Source: Octopus vulgaris
Taxonomy: Eukaryota
Direction of reading: 5' to 3'
Length of the DNA stretch: 64,000 nucleotides
Assembly (NCBI GenBank): GCA_951406725.2
Contig: OX597815.1
Span: 109,430,001 to 109,494,000 of the forward strand
The notes under the pieces are model-generated. The model was not told the DNA's origin and ran no database searches. It worked only from the letters and a program-made list of their open reading frames with translations. Every line of letters begins with the position of its first letter. Within the stretch, counting starts at the first letter, position 1. The translations under genes were made by a program, and so were the position numbers. Shown piece after piece: positions 40,350 to 55,458 of the stretch.

Positions 40350-41120
40350 AGAAGAAGAAGAAGAAGAAGAAGAAGAAGAAGGAAGATGAAGGGAAGGAGG
40401 TAGAAAACGATGATGATGATGATGAGGAGGAGGAGGAGGGAGATGATGATGAGGAAGAGGAGGAGGAGGAGGGAGACGATGACGATGATGATGAGGAGGA
40501 GGTGGTAGTGGTGGTGGTGGTGGTGGTGGTGATGGTGGTGGTGGTCGGAGATGATGATGACGATGACGATGATGATGATGAGGAGGAGGGAGACGATGAT
40601 GATGAGGAGGAGATGATTATGATGATGATGTTTGACTCCCAGGTCAGATCTGATTGAGCAGACCTGTCATCAAAGACATTCCATCTGAAAACATCTCGTC
40701 TCTCTGCATATCTAGAATTACAATGACCATTATAGCATTCAATCTATACGGCTGTATGATGTGTTGACTTCACAGGATTAGGCTAGTATTTTATGCAGGT
40801 AGAACGACCACGTAGGGGCTTCTGTATATATTGTCTTCGTTATCGATATTGTTTGTATTATTGATATTCATCAGGAACAATGATGACAACAGTCTGTTTC
40901 ATTGGAGAAGGTGACTAGGGAGAATTGTGATGACGACAACGACGACGACGACGACAGCGATGACGACATTAGTGGTGATGACGATGATAATGAAAGTGAT
41001 GATGATGGCCAGAAAGAGGATAGGAGGAGGTGAGCGTGAAAAGGAGAGGGACGGTGGCGGCGGTGACGGCGACGATGACGACAAATATGATGTAGTGTTG
41101 ATGATAATATAATGATGATG

Positions 41121-41161
<41 letters not shown>

Positions 41162-41173
41162 GTAATAGTAATA

Positions 41174-41236
<63 letters not shown>

Positions 41237-41248
41237 GTAATAGTAATA

Positions 41249-41285
<37 letters not shown>

Positions 41286-41289
41286 TAAC

Positions 41290-41345
<56 letters not shown>

Positions 41346-42360
41346 TAGTATATAATGATTGTTAGTGATGATGCTAATGACAATGTTGAAGAAAATAATG
41401 ATGATGATGATGAGGGGTAGGTGGAAGAGCAGGAGGAAAATGGTGGTGATAGTGGAGATAATAGTCAAAATGAGGAAGTTGATGGCGATGATGATGATGA
41501 TGATGATGATGACGACGACGACGACGACGATGATGGTGGTGGTGGTGGTGGTGGTGATGATGATGATGATGATGATGATCACGACTACGACGATGATGAT
41601 GGTGATGATGATGACAATGGTGGCAGTGATTGTATTGGTGTTGGCGTTAGGGCCTTTTATTTTCTATTTTCTCTCTCTCTTTTTTTTTTAACGAACTACT
41701 AGCAATTGGGATTTCTCCCAAATAACAGTGAGAGGAGGTCAGGGGTCAAATAATTTGTCGGATTTGGCGGAGGCGAGTTAATTAAACTTTAGTATCAAAA
41801 GAAACGCTTGATTATAGAAACAGTAGTGTCACGTGATGGAAACAGCGCCGAAATAGCGTAGAGATAATAATGTCGATTGTGAAGATAATGACGGTAATGA
41901 TGATAATGGAGCAGTAATGATGGGAGACGGCATTTTGGTTGGTGGGTGTATGGGTATAGATTGGCTGGTGTATGGTAAGTGATGTGGTGATGGTGACGGT
42001 GGAACGGTAGAGATAGAGAAAGGAGAGAGAGAGAGAAAGGGGGAAGCGGCGGCGAAGGGAAAAGGAAGTGTTGGTGTGAGGTGGTGGCTAATAATGATCA
42101 TAACGAAGTTGTAGAGAAAACAACGATGCAAATGAGAATGAACAGAAGGAAGAGAAAAAAAGGGGGGGTGACGAGGTGGAAGAGGAGAAGGGAAGCAAGA
42201 TGACGATGCTTAGTGATGGTGATGGTGGTGATGATGATACTGCTACTGCTGCTGATGCTGATGCTGACGCTGTTGATGATGATGATGATGGCGATCATGA
42301 TGATGATGTTGATGGCGTTGGTGATGAAGAAGAAGAAAAAGAAGAAGAACAACAACAACA
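40020..42360. repeat. Field of compound triplet microsatellites (GAT/GAG/GAA/GGT/AAT)
   Basis: Direct reading; includes (AAT)n at 41125-41345. Confidence 0.9.
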
Positions 42361-42445
42361 AGAGACAGCCCGGTCTCCGGTAATGTTAATTAACTGGATC
42401 AAATAAAAACAAACATACATACATCTTACATATATATACACACGC

Positions 42446-42534
<89 letters not shown>

Positions 42535-43097
42535 TATATATATATCTGGAAGGAAAGAAAAGCAAAACAAAATGGTAAATAATCAAAATGAAGGAAATGA
42601 AAAAATATGCCTGCATAAATTAATAAAAAGTTACGAGGCTAGAAAAAGTAACGCGAATATTGAACAGCAAAAAAATAATGATAATAATAATAACAATAAA
42701 ATAAAATCACAAGCAGAGAAAGAAGACAAAAGAAGGATTAATGGAATGAAGACAGAACCGAATGAATGAAATGTCCACATAGACTTTGGTCAGTTTCTTT
42801 TTTCATTTTTTTTCTTTCTTTACTTTTATTCTTTTACTGTGTGGAATTCGGGAGATGAAAGGTAAAGAGTATTGTTTTCAAAGACTTGAAGAACTAACAA
42901 TAAGAACTAACGATAAGGTCTTATACTATTTAGTATAGCGCGGTTGAGAATATTGGTTGTTTGGGCTAAATTTAACAGTTTCCATAAAAGGTAAAGAAAG
43001 TATAATATTCCATCTAAAATATAAATATTCCAACAGTTTTTTTGTCTTTTTTTTTAATCAAGAAATATCAAGTAGATTATAGCTGGGAGATAACAAT

Positions 43098-43588
43098 TTA
43101 TTCAAAGTAGCCGTCCTCACCATCCACTACGACTTGAAAAGGGGCCGGAACTGGGCAAATGTGTTCCTCGTTGTACTTGGGAAGATCTTGACTACCAGTT
43201 CGGCCTTGTTATCGCAGGCAGAGTGGTTGGTGGTTTTCTCCACACACCTCACACAGTAACCCATGGGATTACAATCAGGGGAATCAGGAGGCCACAAATT
43301 GGGGCTAGTTACACTTTCCGAAGGTATAGCAAGGAGCCGAATCATGCTGTCCCACATGCAGCCATCAAGTCTTCAGACAGAGTTCGAGCACAGTCTCCAG
43401 CAGCTTCACATGCCCGTTTGCATTGACCCTAAAGCCCCGTTCAAAGATATGGGGCAATATGATGTCATCCTCACTGCAGACAGACGCAAAACCATCACAG
43501 TTTGTGGAAACTTGGTTTACATGATACGTGTGACAGCACATGGATTTTCCACTTATCTGGTGGAAAATTGTAGAAAAATTCATGCCAT
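43098..43588 (-). pseudogene. Tc1/mariner (maT/DD37D-like) transposase remnant
   Basis: ILPHIFERGFRVNA, LWPPDSPDCNPMGYCV, terminal VVDGEDGYFE*. Confidence 0.8.
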
Positions 43589-43589
43589 A

Positions 43590-43951
43590 CTAGCACTATG
43601 ACCCAGCAACGCCGGGTCACAGTGCTAGTGCATGCATATGCAACTGCGTGCATGCGCACATACACGCAAGTACTGTCTAAATCTTCGACCAATCACATAC
43701 AGCTAGCTGGCATTCAATTGGCGTATCAAGTATCAGGCATTTTGATTGGGTTTTGGATAGAAAATTCAAAAAAGTCACTTCTATTGATATTTTAATGGCT
43801 TTGCGGGGTGACTGGGGAAATGTAAAGATGTGCACGACCACCCGTGGGTGGCTTTGAATGACCATAGAAAGTGCGAGCCCTCTAACTTTAAAATTGTTGA
43901 TTTGTATAAAGGACACGCACACAGACATTTTACCGTTTATATATAGAGAGA
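43590..43951 (-). mobile_element. Short non-autonomous Helitron
   Basis: A|TCTCTCTATATATAAACGG 5' end; hairpin plus CTAG|T 3' end. Confidence 0.7.
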
Positions 43952-44589
43952 TGTTAATGGCTCTATGAAATGCAAGTTATGCGTTGCTGAAAGGTCGCAC
44001 ATCTTTTATAGATTTAAGAATTCCGTCGCACTGCTGAATTCCAGATCAATAATTTTCTGTAATTGCAAACATATGGACAAGTTTCTTTTGGTGAATTGGG
44101 GTAAACCACCCTCTTGGGTTAAGCAGCTGTATCGTAGACATTACATCCCTTCTGTTGATTTTACACCAACTAGCTTTATGCCTTTACGATCAACGGGGAC
44201 ATAATTCTCTTTGTTTTCCTTTCTTTTTCCGTTTTTTCTTTTTATCCTTCCATTTTTTTGCATCCGTCTCGTTTTTTTCCAATGATTTCTCTTGTCCTGT
44301 TGTCCCGGTTTGTAACTTGTAAAGGCCATGTGCTCAGGGCCTTCACTTTGCTTAGAGGCACCAGGTCTGTTATTAACATCTGCCTAAACCACATCTCCAA
44401 TGTATGAAATTATTAGTCCCTCATAACTATATACAGCGTACACGAACAAGCTTAAAGCATATCAGCAATATGTTCCAGTAACACTTTGGTAACACAACAG
44501 TCTACGCTTGACTAAGCAAAGCAACAAAGATTCACTGAGTCTACACACATATATAGATATGTATATGTGTGTATGTGTGTGTGTGTATC

Positions 44590-44793
<204 letters not shown>

Positions 44794-44931
44794 AGATATT
44801 AGACACTAAAATGAATGGTTTATGCCGTGTAAAGAGCATGGTTAAGTATCCCATCCGTGAGGGATTTCTGCTTGATGTGTCGAAACAATTGTAGTGATTA
44901 ATAAAAACTCTCGTATCTGTCTCTCCTTAAC

Positions 44932-44974
<43 letters not shown>

Positions 44975-44979
<5 letters not shown>

Positions 44980-45290
44980 GGATTCTTTCAGTTTCCATCT
45001 ACCAAATCCACAAATCCACTCACAAGGCTATAGTAGAAGACACTTGCCCAAGGTACCGCGCAGTGGGACTGATTCCAGAACCATGTGGTTGGGAAGCAAA
45101 CTTCTTACTATAGTGACATGCACTGCTTCAAAACCACATTTTCCTAACTTAGTGGCTCAGCATTAGAGATCGATACAATAAGTACCAGGTTCTAAACAAT
45201 ACTGGGGCCGATTCCCTCGACAGAAACCATTCAAGGCGGTGCCATGTCATGGCTGCAGTCTAACAACTAAAACAAGTAAAAGATACAAGA
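44975..45290. mobile_element. SINE family A fragments (head on -, tail on +)
   Basis: Matches to the 588-988 copy in both orientations. Confidence 0.7.
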
Positions 45291-45724
45291 TACATGAGAT
45301 CATCTTGTGCTAAATACCATTTATAGACTGGAATGTCACTGTTGGTATGCCATTGAGCATAGATCTTCTTGATCAAGGCTAACCTGATGTTAAACAAATC
45401 ACCATTCCTTGAAATTAAATAAAATATTGATTTTTGATATAGAGACAAAGTCAAAGATCTTGGAGTTGATCAGAGTTAATTAAATCGATCTCGATACTAA
45501 CAATATTAAAATATCAACTCAGGAGAAAGATGAAAAGCAGTATTGATTCTCATAGGATTTGAAATTAGAGCGTAAAGAAACGTACTCACCTCAAGGTAAT
45601 TTGTTCAATGCACTACTACGTGTGTGTGTACGTGTATATATTTGATGAACAGTCCAAGACAGTTTATAATGTGTTTTTTTCTGTTTTGTTTTGTTTTTGT
45701 TTTTTTATGTTTCTGTCAGCTACA

Positions 45725-46170
45725 AGGCGGCAAGCTGGCAGAATCGATACCGCGCGGAGCAAAATACTTAGCAGTATTTACAAAATGTCCGTCTCTACGT
45801 TCAAATTGCGCCGCGGTCGACTTTACCTTTCATTCTCTCGGGATCGATAAACTAAGTAGAAGCTGAACACTGGAGTCAAATGTAATTGACTAACCCTTCC
45901 TCTAAAATTGTTGGACTTGTACCAAAATTTGAAATCAATATTTTTTTGTCAGCTTTAGGGCGGCGAACTGGCGGAATAGTTAGCACACAGGGCAAAAGAC
46001 ATAGCGGCATTTCGTCCGTCTTCACGTTCTGTGTTCAAATTCCACCGAGGTCGACTTTGCCTTTCATTCCTTCGGGTCGATACAATAAATACCAGTTGAA
46101 TACTAGAGTCGATGGAAACGACTTACCCCTCTCCTAAAATTGCTGGCCCTGTGCCAAAATTTGAAACCAA
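45725..46170 (+). mobile_element. Two tandem SINE family B copies
   Basis: Heads at about 45726 and 45959. Confidence 0.85.
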
Positions 46171-46278
46171 AGTTTCTGTCAACTATAGTCTTTTTATCGC
46201 TCTTTCACACATATACATACATCAACACACATTTGACATAAATTTTCACACATATATGCTCCCGTACCTAAATACACT

Positions 46279-46500
46279 TTCGTTAAATTAACGTGCAAAT
46301 GGCTGAGCACTCCACAGACACACGTACCCTTAACGTAGTTCTCAGGGAGATTAAGCGTGACATAGAATGTAAGAAGGCTGGTCGTTTGAATGACAGGTAC
46401 CACTCATTTTTGCCAGCTGAGTGAACTGGAGCAACGTAGAATAAAGTGTCTTGCTCAAGGACACAGTGAGCTGCCGGGAACCCAACTCAAGACCTTACGA
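46279..46500 (-). mobile_element. CORE-type SINE with the 3' module of the 62006 element
   Basis: Minus: TGTGTCCTTGAGCAAGACACTTT CORE motif, then GAGAACTACGTTAAGGG..GTCTGTGGAGTGCTCA as at 62260-62300. Confidence 0.78.
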
Positions 46501-46746
46501 ACCATTAAATCACGCACTTTTGCTACACCTGTACAAATGACAAGCTGTGTTCTGCTGAGCGGGAATTCAAATTATGAAACGGCATTTGAAAATTGCGCAT
46601 TAGTCTGACTTCCCAACCAATCTGATTACAGTGACTATATTGATTTCTATTTCAGACACAGTCGACCACTGTAGAGTGTAAATTTAATGTGTGAATATCC
46701 ATAACTAAATGCTATACACCAAGGAATTTTACCAAAGTATTGACTT

Positions 46747-46976
46747 AGTAATCCCTCGCCACATCGCGATTCACCTATCGCAGTTTATTGTTTAAGTTTA
46801 CGTCGATTGCTCCGTGGTGTTGTTTTGCATTTATAATAAAATAAATATATACATATTACAAAAATAATAAAATAATAAAAATATATATACAGTACATTAC
46901 TGTATCTATCTCGCAGATTTTCACCTATCGTGGTGGGGTTTGGAATGTAACACCCGCGATAGCCGAGGGGTTACTG
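46747..46976. mobile_element. Tigger/pogo-like MITE, shorter copy
   Basis: AGTAATCCCTCG ... CGAGGGGTTACTG|TA; homologous to 7696-8167. Confidence 0.82.
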
Positions 46977-47237
46977 TACTAACTTATATGTTATTCTTAC
47001 TTCATTATGTAGTTATGAAGTGTATTTTAATCCGTCTCAATGAATCATTTCCTGTCATTTAACCATTTCCTAGTTTCTCATTTTATCTGCAATAAACTTA
47101 TCCAAATGAATCTATGCCTATTTTTGTATGAGTGTGCGCATATCTGTGTATGAGTGTCATTTACCCAAGACTGTCGGTACATACATACATGTATACACTC
47201 ACACATACGTGTGTGTGTGTGTGTAATCATGTATGTA

Positions 47238-47293
<56 letters not shown>

Positions 47294-47389
47294 ATCCAAA
47301 CATGAACAAAGAGGAAACACAACAACGCGAAGACGTGGGGAACAAGTATAGTGTTATTGGACGCTCAGGAAAGGAAAGAAAGAAGGAGG

Positions 47390-47424
47390 ATTTAACGTTT
47401 CGAGCGGAGCTCTTCGTCAGAAAT
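47390..47424 (-). ncRNA. Minimal type I hammerhead motif with canonical core, inside a 47290-47490 Penelope-like element
   Basis: Minus: ATTT-CTGACGA-A-GAGC tcc GCTC-GAAA-CG-TT-AAAT. Confidence 0.75.
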
Positions 47425-48130
47425 ATAGAAAAAAAGAAAAAGTCCAAGGAAGTGAAGACGGAGAAAGAAAATCGTCAACGATACACACGCAAGTTCTGTG
47501 ATTGAAGAATCAGCAAAAAAAAAAGAAAAACTACTTATTAGCGAAAAATACCATGTGGTGAGAGATAGATATTATTTATTTAAAGGACACAATACATGCC
47601 TTTAAGTGCCACTAATAGTTTTATATGTTGAGAAATATCTCAAGACTATTTATTGGCACAAGCCACATATCATAACACACGTGTGTGTGTGTGTGTGTGT
47701 ATGTGTGTGTGTGTGCGAGTGTATGTTTGAAAAATATTCCATGCAAGTCGAGAAGTATGGTAAAATAAAAGGGAAACGCGCTCCTGTATTCATATTGCAG
47801 TTAATTAATGCTAAAGTATATCATTTAAGCAGATCATTTCAACTTACAATAATGTGTATTGAAAAACAGATCAACATGAAATTATTTCAAAATACACTAT
47901 TACAGACTCCAAAATATCATATCATTACTAAAATTAACTCAGTTCAATATTACGTATTCCTAAGCACATTTTTACATCAAAATAATTTCAGAATGTACGA
48001 TTAGACATTTTCATTGCACACAATTACAAAAGAACGTAATTAAATGTTCAGAAGTACATAATTACAAACCGGTTTCGCGTCTTGTAAGAAATATTCATTG
48101 TAATGTACGCGTACACAAACACACACACAC

Positions 48131-48213
<83 letters not shown>

Positions 48214-48344
48214 TACATACATACATTTACACACAAACATACATATATATATATATTCTGTTATTCTTTTACTCTTTTACTTGATTCAGTCATTTGACTG
48301 CGGCCATACTGGAGCACCACGTTATGTACGTATGTATATATATA

Positions 48345-48379
<35 letters not shown>

Positions 48380-48382
<3 letters not shown>

Positions 48383-48930
48383 ACAATCAAGGAATGGCCA
48401 TAATAGGCCATTCACCCACTAGAAATAACAGCCAAAGCTTCAACCGCAAAATAACATCAATTCCGCAAACCAGGAGAAAATTAAAAAAAAAAAAACATTT
48501 ACCCTGTAATTTCTTATACGATGCACCGTTTCATCTATTGTTTAATGGTAAACTAACCTGATTAAATTAAATCAAGCCAATCTTCCATAGGCCGATAGAT
48601 TCGTCAGTAAGAAACAGCCAAGATCCGAGCAGATATTATCACGAGGCATCTCTATCCCTGCCTCGGCAATATCTGACCTAAAATTTTCAAATCATCGCAC
48701 TCGCGCCAAATTTATCGGCAGCAAATATAAGCCGCCGATTCCATTACGGAATTAACCAGAAAATTCATAATTAATCAATATAGGGTGGCAAAAAATTTCG
48801 TAGAATTTATTTGCCACCAGCGGCCTAGTGGGAAAAAATTAAATAGTCATAGACCATTTATAAGTTCAACATCACAATCAAGGAATGGCCATAATAGGCC
48901 ATTCACCCACTAGAAATAACAACCAAAGCT
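48380..48930. mobile_element. 491-bp unit with 60-bp terminal direct repeat, between (TA)n tracts
   Basis: 48380-48439 matches 48871-48930 with 1 mismatch. Confidence 0.7.
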
Positions 48931-48931
48931 G

Positions 48932-48994
<63 letters not shown>

Positions 48995-49227
48995 TGTATG
49001 TTTGTATGTATGTATGTATATATTAATTCCTAATAGGGATACAGTATTTCGTTTTGCAACCATGTTATACTACCAAGTATATTAAAGTTTTATAATCCAA
49101 TATTGTGTCCTACTTTTTGTGTTAGCAGTTTCTTGTTTTCATTTCTAATTTTATATCTACAGATTTTCAATAGAATTTATTGCCAACAAAGAAAGATACG
49201 ACATTTCGTGTGCAAATATATCAGAGA

Positions 49228-49350
49228 CTAGCAGTACAACCCGGCCTTGCCCAGGATTAAGTTACGATCATAAAGCTAATCAAGTTCTTTATTTCAAACC
49301 AAACTAAGTAATATAGACGTCAAATTTGAGCGAAATCCGTTGAAATTAGT

Positions 49351-49360
<10 letters not shown>
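49228..49360 (-). mobile_element. Helitron 3'-end relic
   Basis: ACTAG adjacent to degenerate hairpin CCCGGCCTTGCCCAGG, as at 37260. Confidence 0.5.
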
Positions 49361-49411
<51 letters not shown>

Positions 49412-50809
49412 ATATTATATATTATATATCATATATATATATATAATATAATATAAATATATATGGGCAACAGACACGAACACACATATACACACGTACG
49501 TACGTACACCTATTGCATGTTTTGTGCATGCATACATGTTCATAAACAGAAATGAATGGAAAAAATGTTGTTAAATTTATAGATTAACACTCGCACGATT
49601 TTCACTAAGAAAAAAAATCGGTTTTTTTTCGTGGAATCAACTACTCTGGTCTCAAAACCCTTTTTGTGGTACGTGAAACAGAGTGGGGTGTGGTGGAAGC
49701 CTTGCAAATTGTATCCATTTATATTTTGTAATTCACTGATGAATTGTTACTCACCTCTTTGTTTCTTTGTTGTTAAATAAATGGATTGTCAACAAAACAC
49801 TTTTTTATTCGGCGTAAAATAAAAACAAAACTCTTTCGCACCCAAAGTAATGTGTGTAAGAGAGAGGGGGGGAGAAAGATGAACGCTTTAAAATAAATAA
49901 ATGATTTAAAATAAATATATTGTAATTCGTTTTTGGATTTGGTTTGCAAGATGCTTTATATGAGTTCGTGTGTTGAAGCATATTCTGTTGTTTCTGGGGA
50001 GAGTCATTTTCTTTTTGTGCCTTATTATTTAACACACTCACCGGTAAAATTTCCACTTATTTCTTATTTTCCTAAAAGTTTCGTTGCGTCTTGCAACCTT
50101 TTCAATAGTTTTGACTCTGTCCGTTATTTACACTGCGTTCCCTTTTGTTTGTTTGTGTGCATGTGTGTGGGTCAGTGTGTGTTTGTAAGCCTATACGTGC
50201 ACGCATGTACGTATGTATGTGTGTGTGTGTGTGTTTGCATGCGTTTGTATGTATATATGTGTGTGTATGCATATGCATATATGTATGTATGTGTGTGCAT
50301 CTTTATGTACATATCTTGCATATTTATGTGCTTGCTTGTCCGTGTTTGTGTATTTTCTATGTATGTGTGTGTGAGCATGTGTTTGTATATATATTCACCT
50401 CTGTCTCCTTGTGTGTGCATATCTGTGTGTGTGTTTGCTATGTAACTATGTACCATGTTTGTATGTATGGATGTGCATCTTTATATGTGTGGATCCGTGT
50501 CTCTATATGTCTGTTCATATAGTCTTTATACCTATCCGTCTGTATATTGATCTGTTTATTTACATATCTAACATACAAACACATGCAAACACACAGACAC
50601 ATACATACGTACATGCGTGCATGTATAGGCACACACACACACACTGACCCACACACATGCGAACAAACAAACAAAAGGGAACGCAGTATATTGTAATTGT
50701 TGTGTGAGAAAGTATATATACTATGATTATAAAATATAGTGTCTTTCAAAAACAAAAAACAAAACATTTTACATTTTATTTTTATGAACGTTATCACTTA
50801 CTCTCTCCC

Positions 50810-50857
<48 letters not shown>

Positions 50858-51116
50858 TCTCTCACTTTGTCTTTCCCGTGAAACTCTCTGCCTCCTTCTT
50901 CCACTTTTCTTTATCTTTATTTTTGTTAGACACCATCAAAAAAGCAATGACTGATATTATTTATGACTAAAACCTATGAAAATAGATTTTTCCCGGTATC
51001 CGCGGGTGCCACGGGAAAAAATAAGTTGACAAAACCCAGATAGGATGTTGACGAATGTCCTCCTAAAATTGGAGCGACATTCGTGCTAATTTGTGGACGT
51101 GCATAAATTACAATCA

Positions 51117-51157
<41 letters not shown>

Positions 51158-51372
51158 ACACACACGCACACACATCTTGCCTTTTATAGATATGATAAAC
51201 TTTAAAATGAAAACAACGCACCGCTATCACAAAAAGTAGGAGTTAGTATCGACTTGTAACACTTTGTACTTGATAGTGTGTTATAGTTGCAAAGCAAAAT
51301 ACGATATTACTGCTAGCTATTACTATATACCTACAAGCTGCCAAGGATGTGTTTAATATGTAAGTGGGTTTA

Positions 51373-51797
51373 AGGCGGTGAGCTGGCAGAAACGTTAGCA
51401 CGCCGAGCGAAATGCTTAGCGGTATTTCGTCTGCCGATACGTTCTAAGTTCAAATTCCGCCGAGATCGACTTTGCCTTTCGGGGTCGATTAAATAAGTAC
51501 CAGTTACGCACTGGGGTCAACCTAATCGACTTAATCCGTTTGTCTGTCCTTTTTTGTCCTCTCTGTGTTTAGCCCCTTGTGGGTAGTAAAGAAATATGTA
51601 TTTCGTCTGTCTAAACGTTCTGAGTTCTATTTCCGCCGAGGTTGACTTCACCTTTCATAATTTCGGGATCGATAAATTAAGTACCAGTGCGAACTGGGGT
51701 CGATCTAATCAACTGCCCCCCTCTCCCCCCCTCTCCTCCCCCCTCTCTCCCCTCTCCCCCAAAAATTTCGGGCTTTGTGCCTAGAGTAGAAAAGAAT
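51373..51797 (+). mobile_element. SINE family B, dimeric
   Basis: Near-identical to 57426-57790. Confidence 0.9.
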
Positions 51798-51933
51798 ATG
51801 GTTTGAGAAGATATATACCGCCCGAATTTTCGTTAGCTAATAGCTCTGATGACATAATTTGCTGATAAATATGGAATACAGTGGCATTCCTGCCATTGAA
51901 TACTAGTTTTTAACACACACACATACAAATATA

Positions 51934-52022
<89 letters not shown>

Positions 52023-52682
52023 TTCAATACGGAGCAAATAATTCAGGGGAAAGTATTTGCGAAGATATCATTGCCTCTATTATTATCTAGTGTAACAATT
52101 AAAAAATAATAATAACAGAATCAATAATATAGGCGATTGCAGGCCCAGAAAAGCATTAAATAGCTGAAGGATTAAAATTAATCAGCGGAAGACTAAGTAC
52201 GTCTGCCTGCTAGAAACAACAGTCAAAACTCTTACTTAAATCGCCAAAATACTCTAATAATATCTACAGAAATCAATCATCCGAAGGCAAACGGGCTAAG
52301 ACAATCTCTCAGCATACATTCAAGTATTTGGACTCAGGTGGACCGGTTTCTGGACTGGCACTATAGCCTCACCTTCCTCAGCACGCGTTATTATGATGGA
52401 GAGTCCCAACCCTGTCATATTGAAGTCTGCGCTGCAACTGATTCGTTTTTCCTAAATTATTTGCTCCGTATTGAAATTATTTTCACACTAGTGGCTGCCA
52501 TGATTTGGTGCAAAACGGAGACTCGTAGATCCAGTTGGCTGTTTGTGATTATATGCACAACCGGAGTATAAATACGCATTTGTCTTCAGGTATTGTTTGT
52601 ATATGATAGCGATTTCCTTGATCTTGGTGCTTTACTATTTAAGAACCCATTTCGCTTGAATGCCGAAATTTATGTATATAAG

Positions 52683-52716
<34 letters not shown>

Positions 52717-52771
52717 TGTATGTATGTATGTATGTATGTATGTATGTATTATGTACGCATATATGTAAATA

Positions 52772-52975
52772 TGTAGTTGAAATTTACAAAACGACAAGCA
52801 AAACAAAAGACGAAGACGGGTGTGTAAACAACATATATTTCTTTAACGCTCGGGAAGTGAGAAAGTCCTTTATGTTTCGAGCCTACGATCTTCAACAGAA
52901 AAGAACACAGAAATAAACAGAAAGAGAAAATTTCAAAAAAAGGGTTTAGTGGCAAGTAATCAATCATGGCGAATG
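52772..52975 (-). mobile_element. Penelope-like short element with decayed hammerhead
   Basis: Minus CTGTTGA-AGATC gtag GCTC-GAAAC at 52868-52903; homologous to 63430-63610 (+). Confidence 0.6.
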
Positions 52976-53082
52976 TATATATGTATGTATGCGTGTTTGC
53001 GTCTGTGTGAATGTATACATACATACATACATACATACATACATACATACATACATACATACATACATACATAAATACATAT

Positions 53083-53146
<64 letters not shown>

Positions 53147-53285
53147 GCTTTATTTATTATTTTGCACGTTACTTTATCATTGTTATATGTTTTATCTTAT
53201 ATATAATCTTTCTATAATATGTAATTTTTCTAAATGGTATTTAATTTTTCATTATTGAATTGATAAAAGGTAGTTTTTTTATAAG

Positions 53286-53318
<33 letters not shown>

Positions 53319-53325
53319 ATATTTT

Positions 53326-53590
<265 letters not shown>

Positions 53591-54006
53591 ATAATATGTA
53601 TATATGTTATATATTATATATTATATATTATATATGCATGTGTGTGTATGTGTATAAACCCTAAAAATGTGGACGATGTAAATGAAGTGAAATATCAAGG
53701 GCCAGAAATTTATACCGAGTGTATGTGAGAGAGAGGGAGAGAGGGAGAGAGAGAGAAAGAGAGAGAGGGGTAGGCCGATTGCTCAGTTGACTTCTTAGTG
53801 TATGGCTAAATTATAAGAAAAATATAGAAAGAAACGAACAAAGTGAAAGATAACAAAAGGAAACGTTAAAAAATAAAAATAAAAGCAAAGAGAATGATAT
53901 GAAAATATGGAAGCGGGTTAAGAAGACAAAACTGAAAGTCAAATATATAAAGGATTGGAAAGGAAGTAATTTTAAGGGCACAGCTCTAGGGACAATGATT
54001 GTTAGC

Positions 54007-54068
<62 letters not shown>

Positions 54069-54313
54069 ATGTGTGTGTGAATCGTCTTAATTATATTTCT
54101 TTGCGTGAATGTGCTGTCATGTGAATGTCTTATTTATAATTTTTGTGGGCAAGGAAAATTGGAAGATTAAAAGGGTTCATGATGTGTATGTAGGTGTTTG
54201 TGTATGTGTGTGTGTGTATTTTTGTGTGTCTATGTAAGTATATGCATGTATATATATGTATTTTAAGTTTGAATACATAAGACAAACGTTAATTAGGGGA
54301 AGTTGCAATATTC

Positions 54314-54397
<84 letters not shown>

Positions 54398-55458
54398 GTA
54401 AGTAGGTAGATGGATGGATGGAGGGATGGATGGATTTTTTGGTAGGTAAAGGAGGTAGGTAGTTAAGTTATAGAAAGGAAGTTACGCACCTCAAATACAG
54501 ATATACTTATCGTATGCAAACCTCAGACAAACTTCTTTATAAATATTTGTTTGGTAATCAGTGATGTATACACACAAATATTGCACACATACTTGGATAC
54601 ATATACGTAAACATGCATACATACAGACACACATGCAGATAGATACAAAAATGCATATGTATATTCATACATACATACATACATACATACATACATACAT
54701 ACATACATACATACATACATACATACATGCGTACGTACATATGTACATCCATACATGCATATATACACACACGTACATGTATATCTGTCTCTTTTGATTC
54801 CGCATGAGAGACACAAGCATATTCATAGCAGGGATGCTAACAAATCTGCTAGCAGACACACACCCACACTCTCACCATATATTTGCGCATAACCACACAT
54901 ACACACATTCATACATGCGTATTCATATTTACAGATATTCTAATACCGTCTTGTAAAATATAAAAGAGTTATTTCGGCCTTATTAGCGACTGGTAGAATT
55001 TATTTTTTCCCGACCGAAGAATTTAAATAAACTCTAAAAAATTCAAAATAAAAAATATACACCAGTTTTCTAAAAAATAAAATCTCATATTTAGCAATCG
55101 CCCATGCATATCACGAATCAGACATTAATCAAGGGTTAAAAAAATAGCTTTCAGCTTTTCTTAGCAACAAAAATAATTATACTGTCAACATTTTTGCCAA
55201 CTGACATGCCGGCTAACTTTCACTCGGTATTTAGTATCCTCATATTGCATTTTACTCCTGAGATGCACTGTTTATTCGTCTAAGATCGCTGAAGGAACGT
55301 TATGGATAACACAGTGTGCATAGCAAATATAGCTGCCAAGATAGCATCAATTTTATTGAGGACTAGGGATGCGCCAGGGAGATCGATCTGGTTATTAGAT
55401 TCAGCAATACCAGCAGCAGTTTCCTGTGAATCTAATGCGATTTGTAAGATCACGTAGA

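Noticed and set aside
39977-40657. 226-aa acidic, nucleolin-like ORF
   Set aside because: Compound GAT/GAG/GTG repeats, open on both strands, no complex domain or splice evidence.
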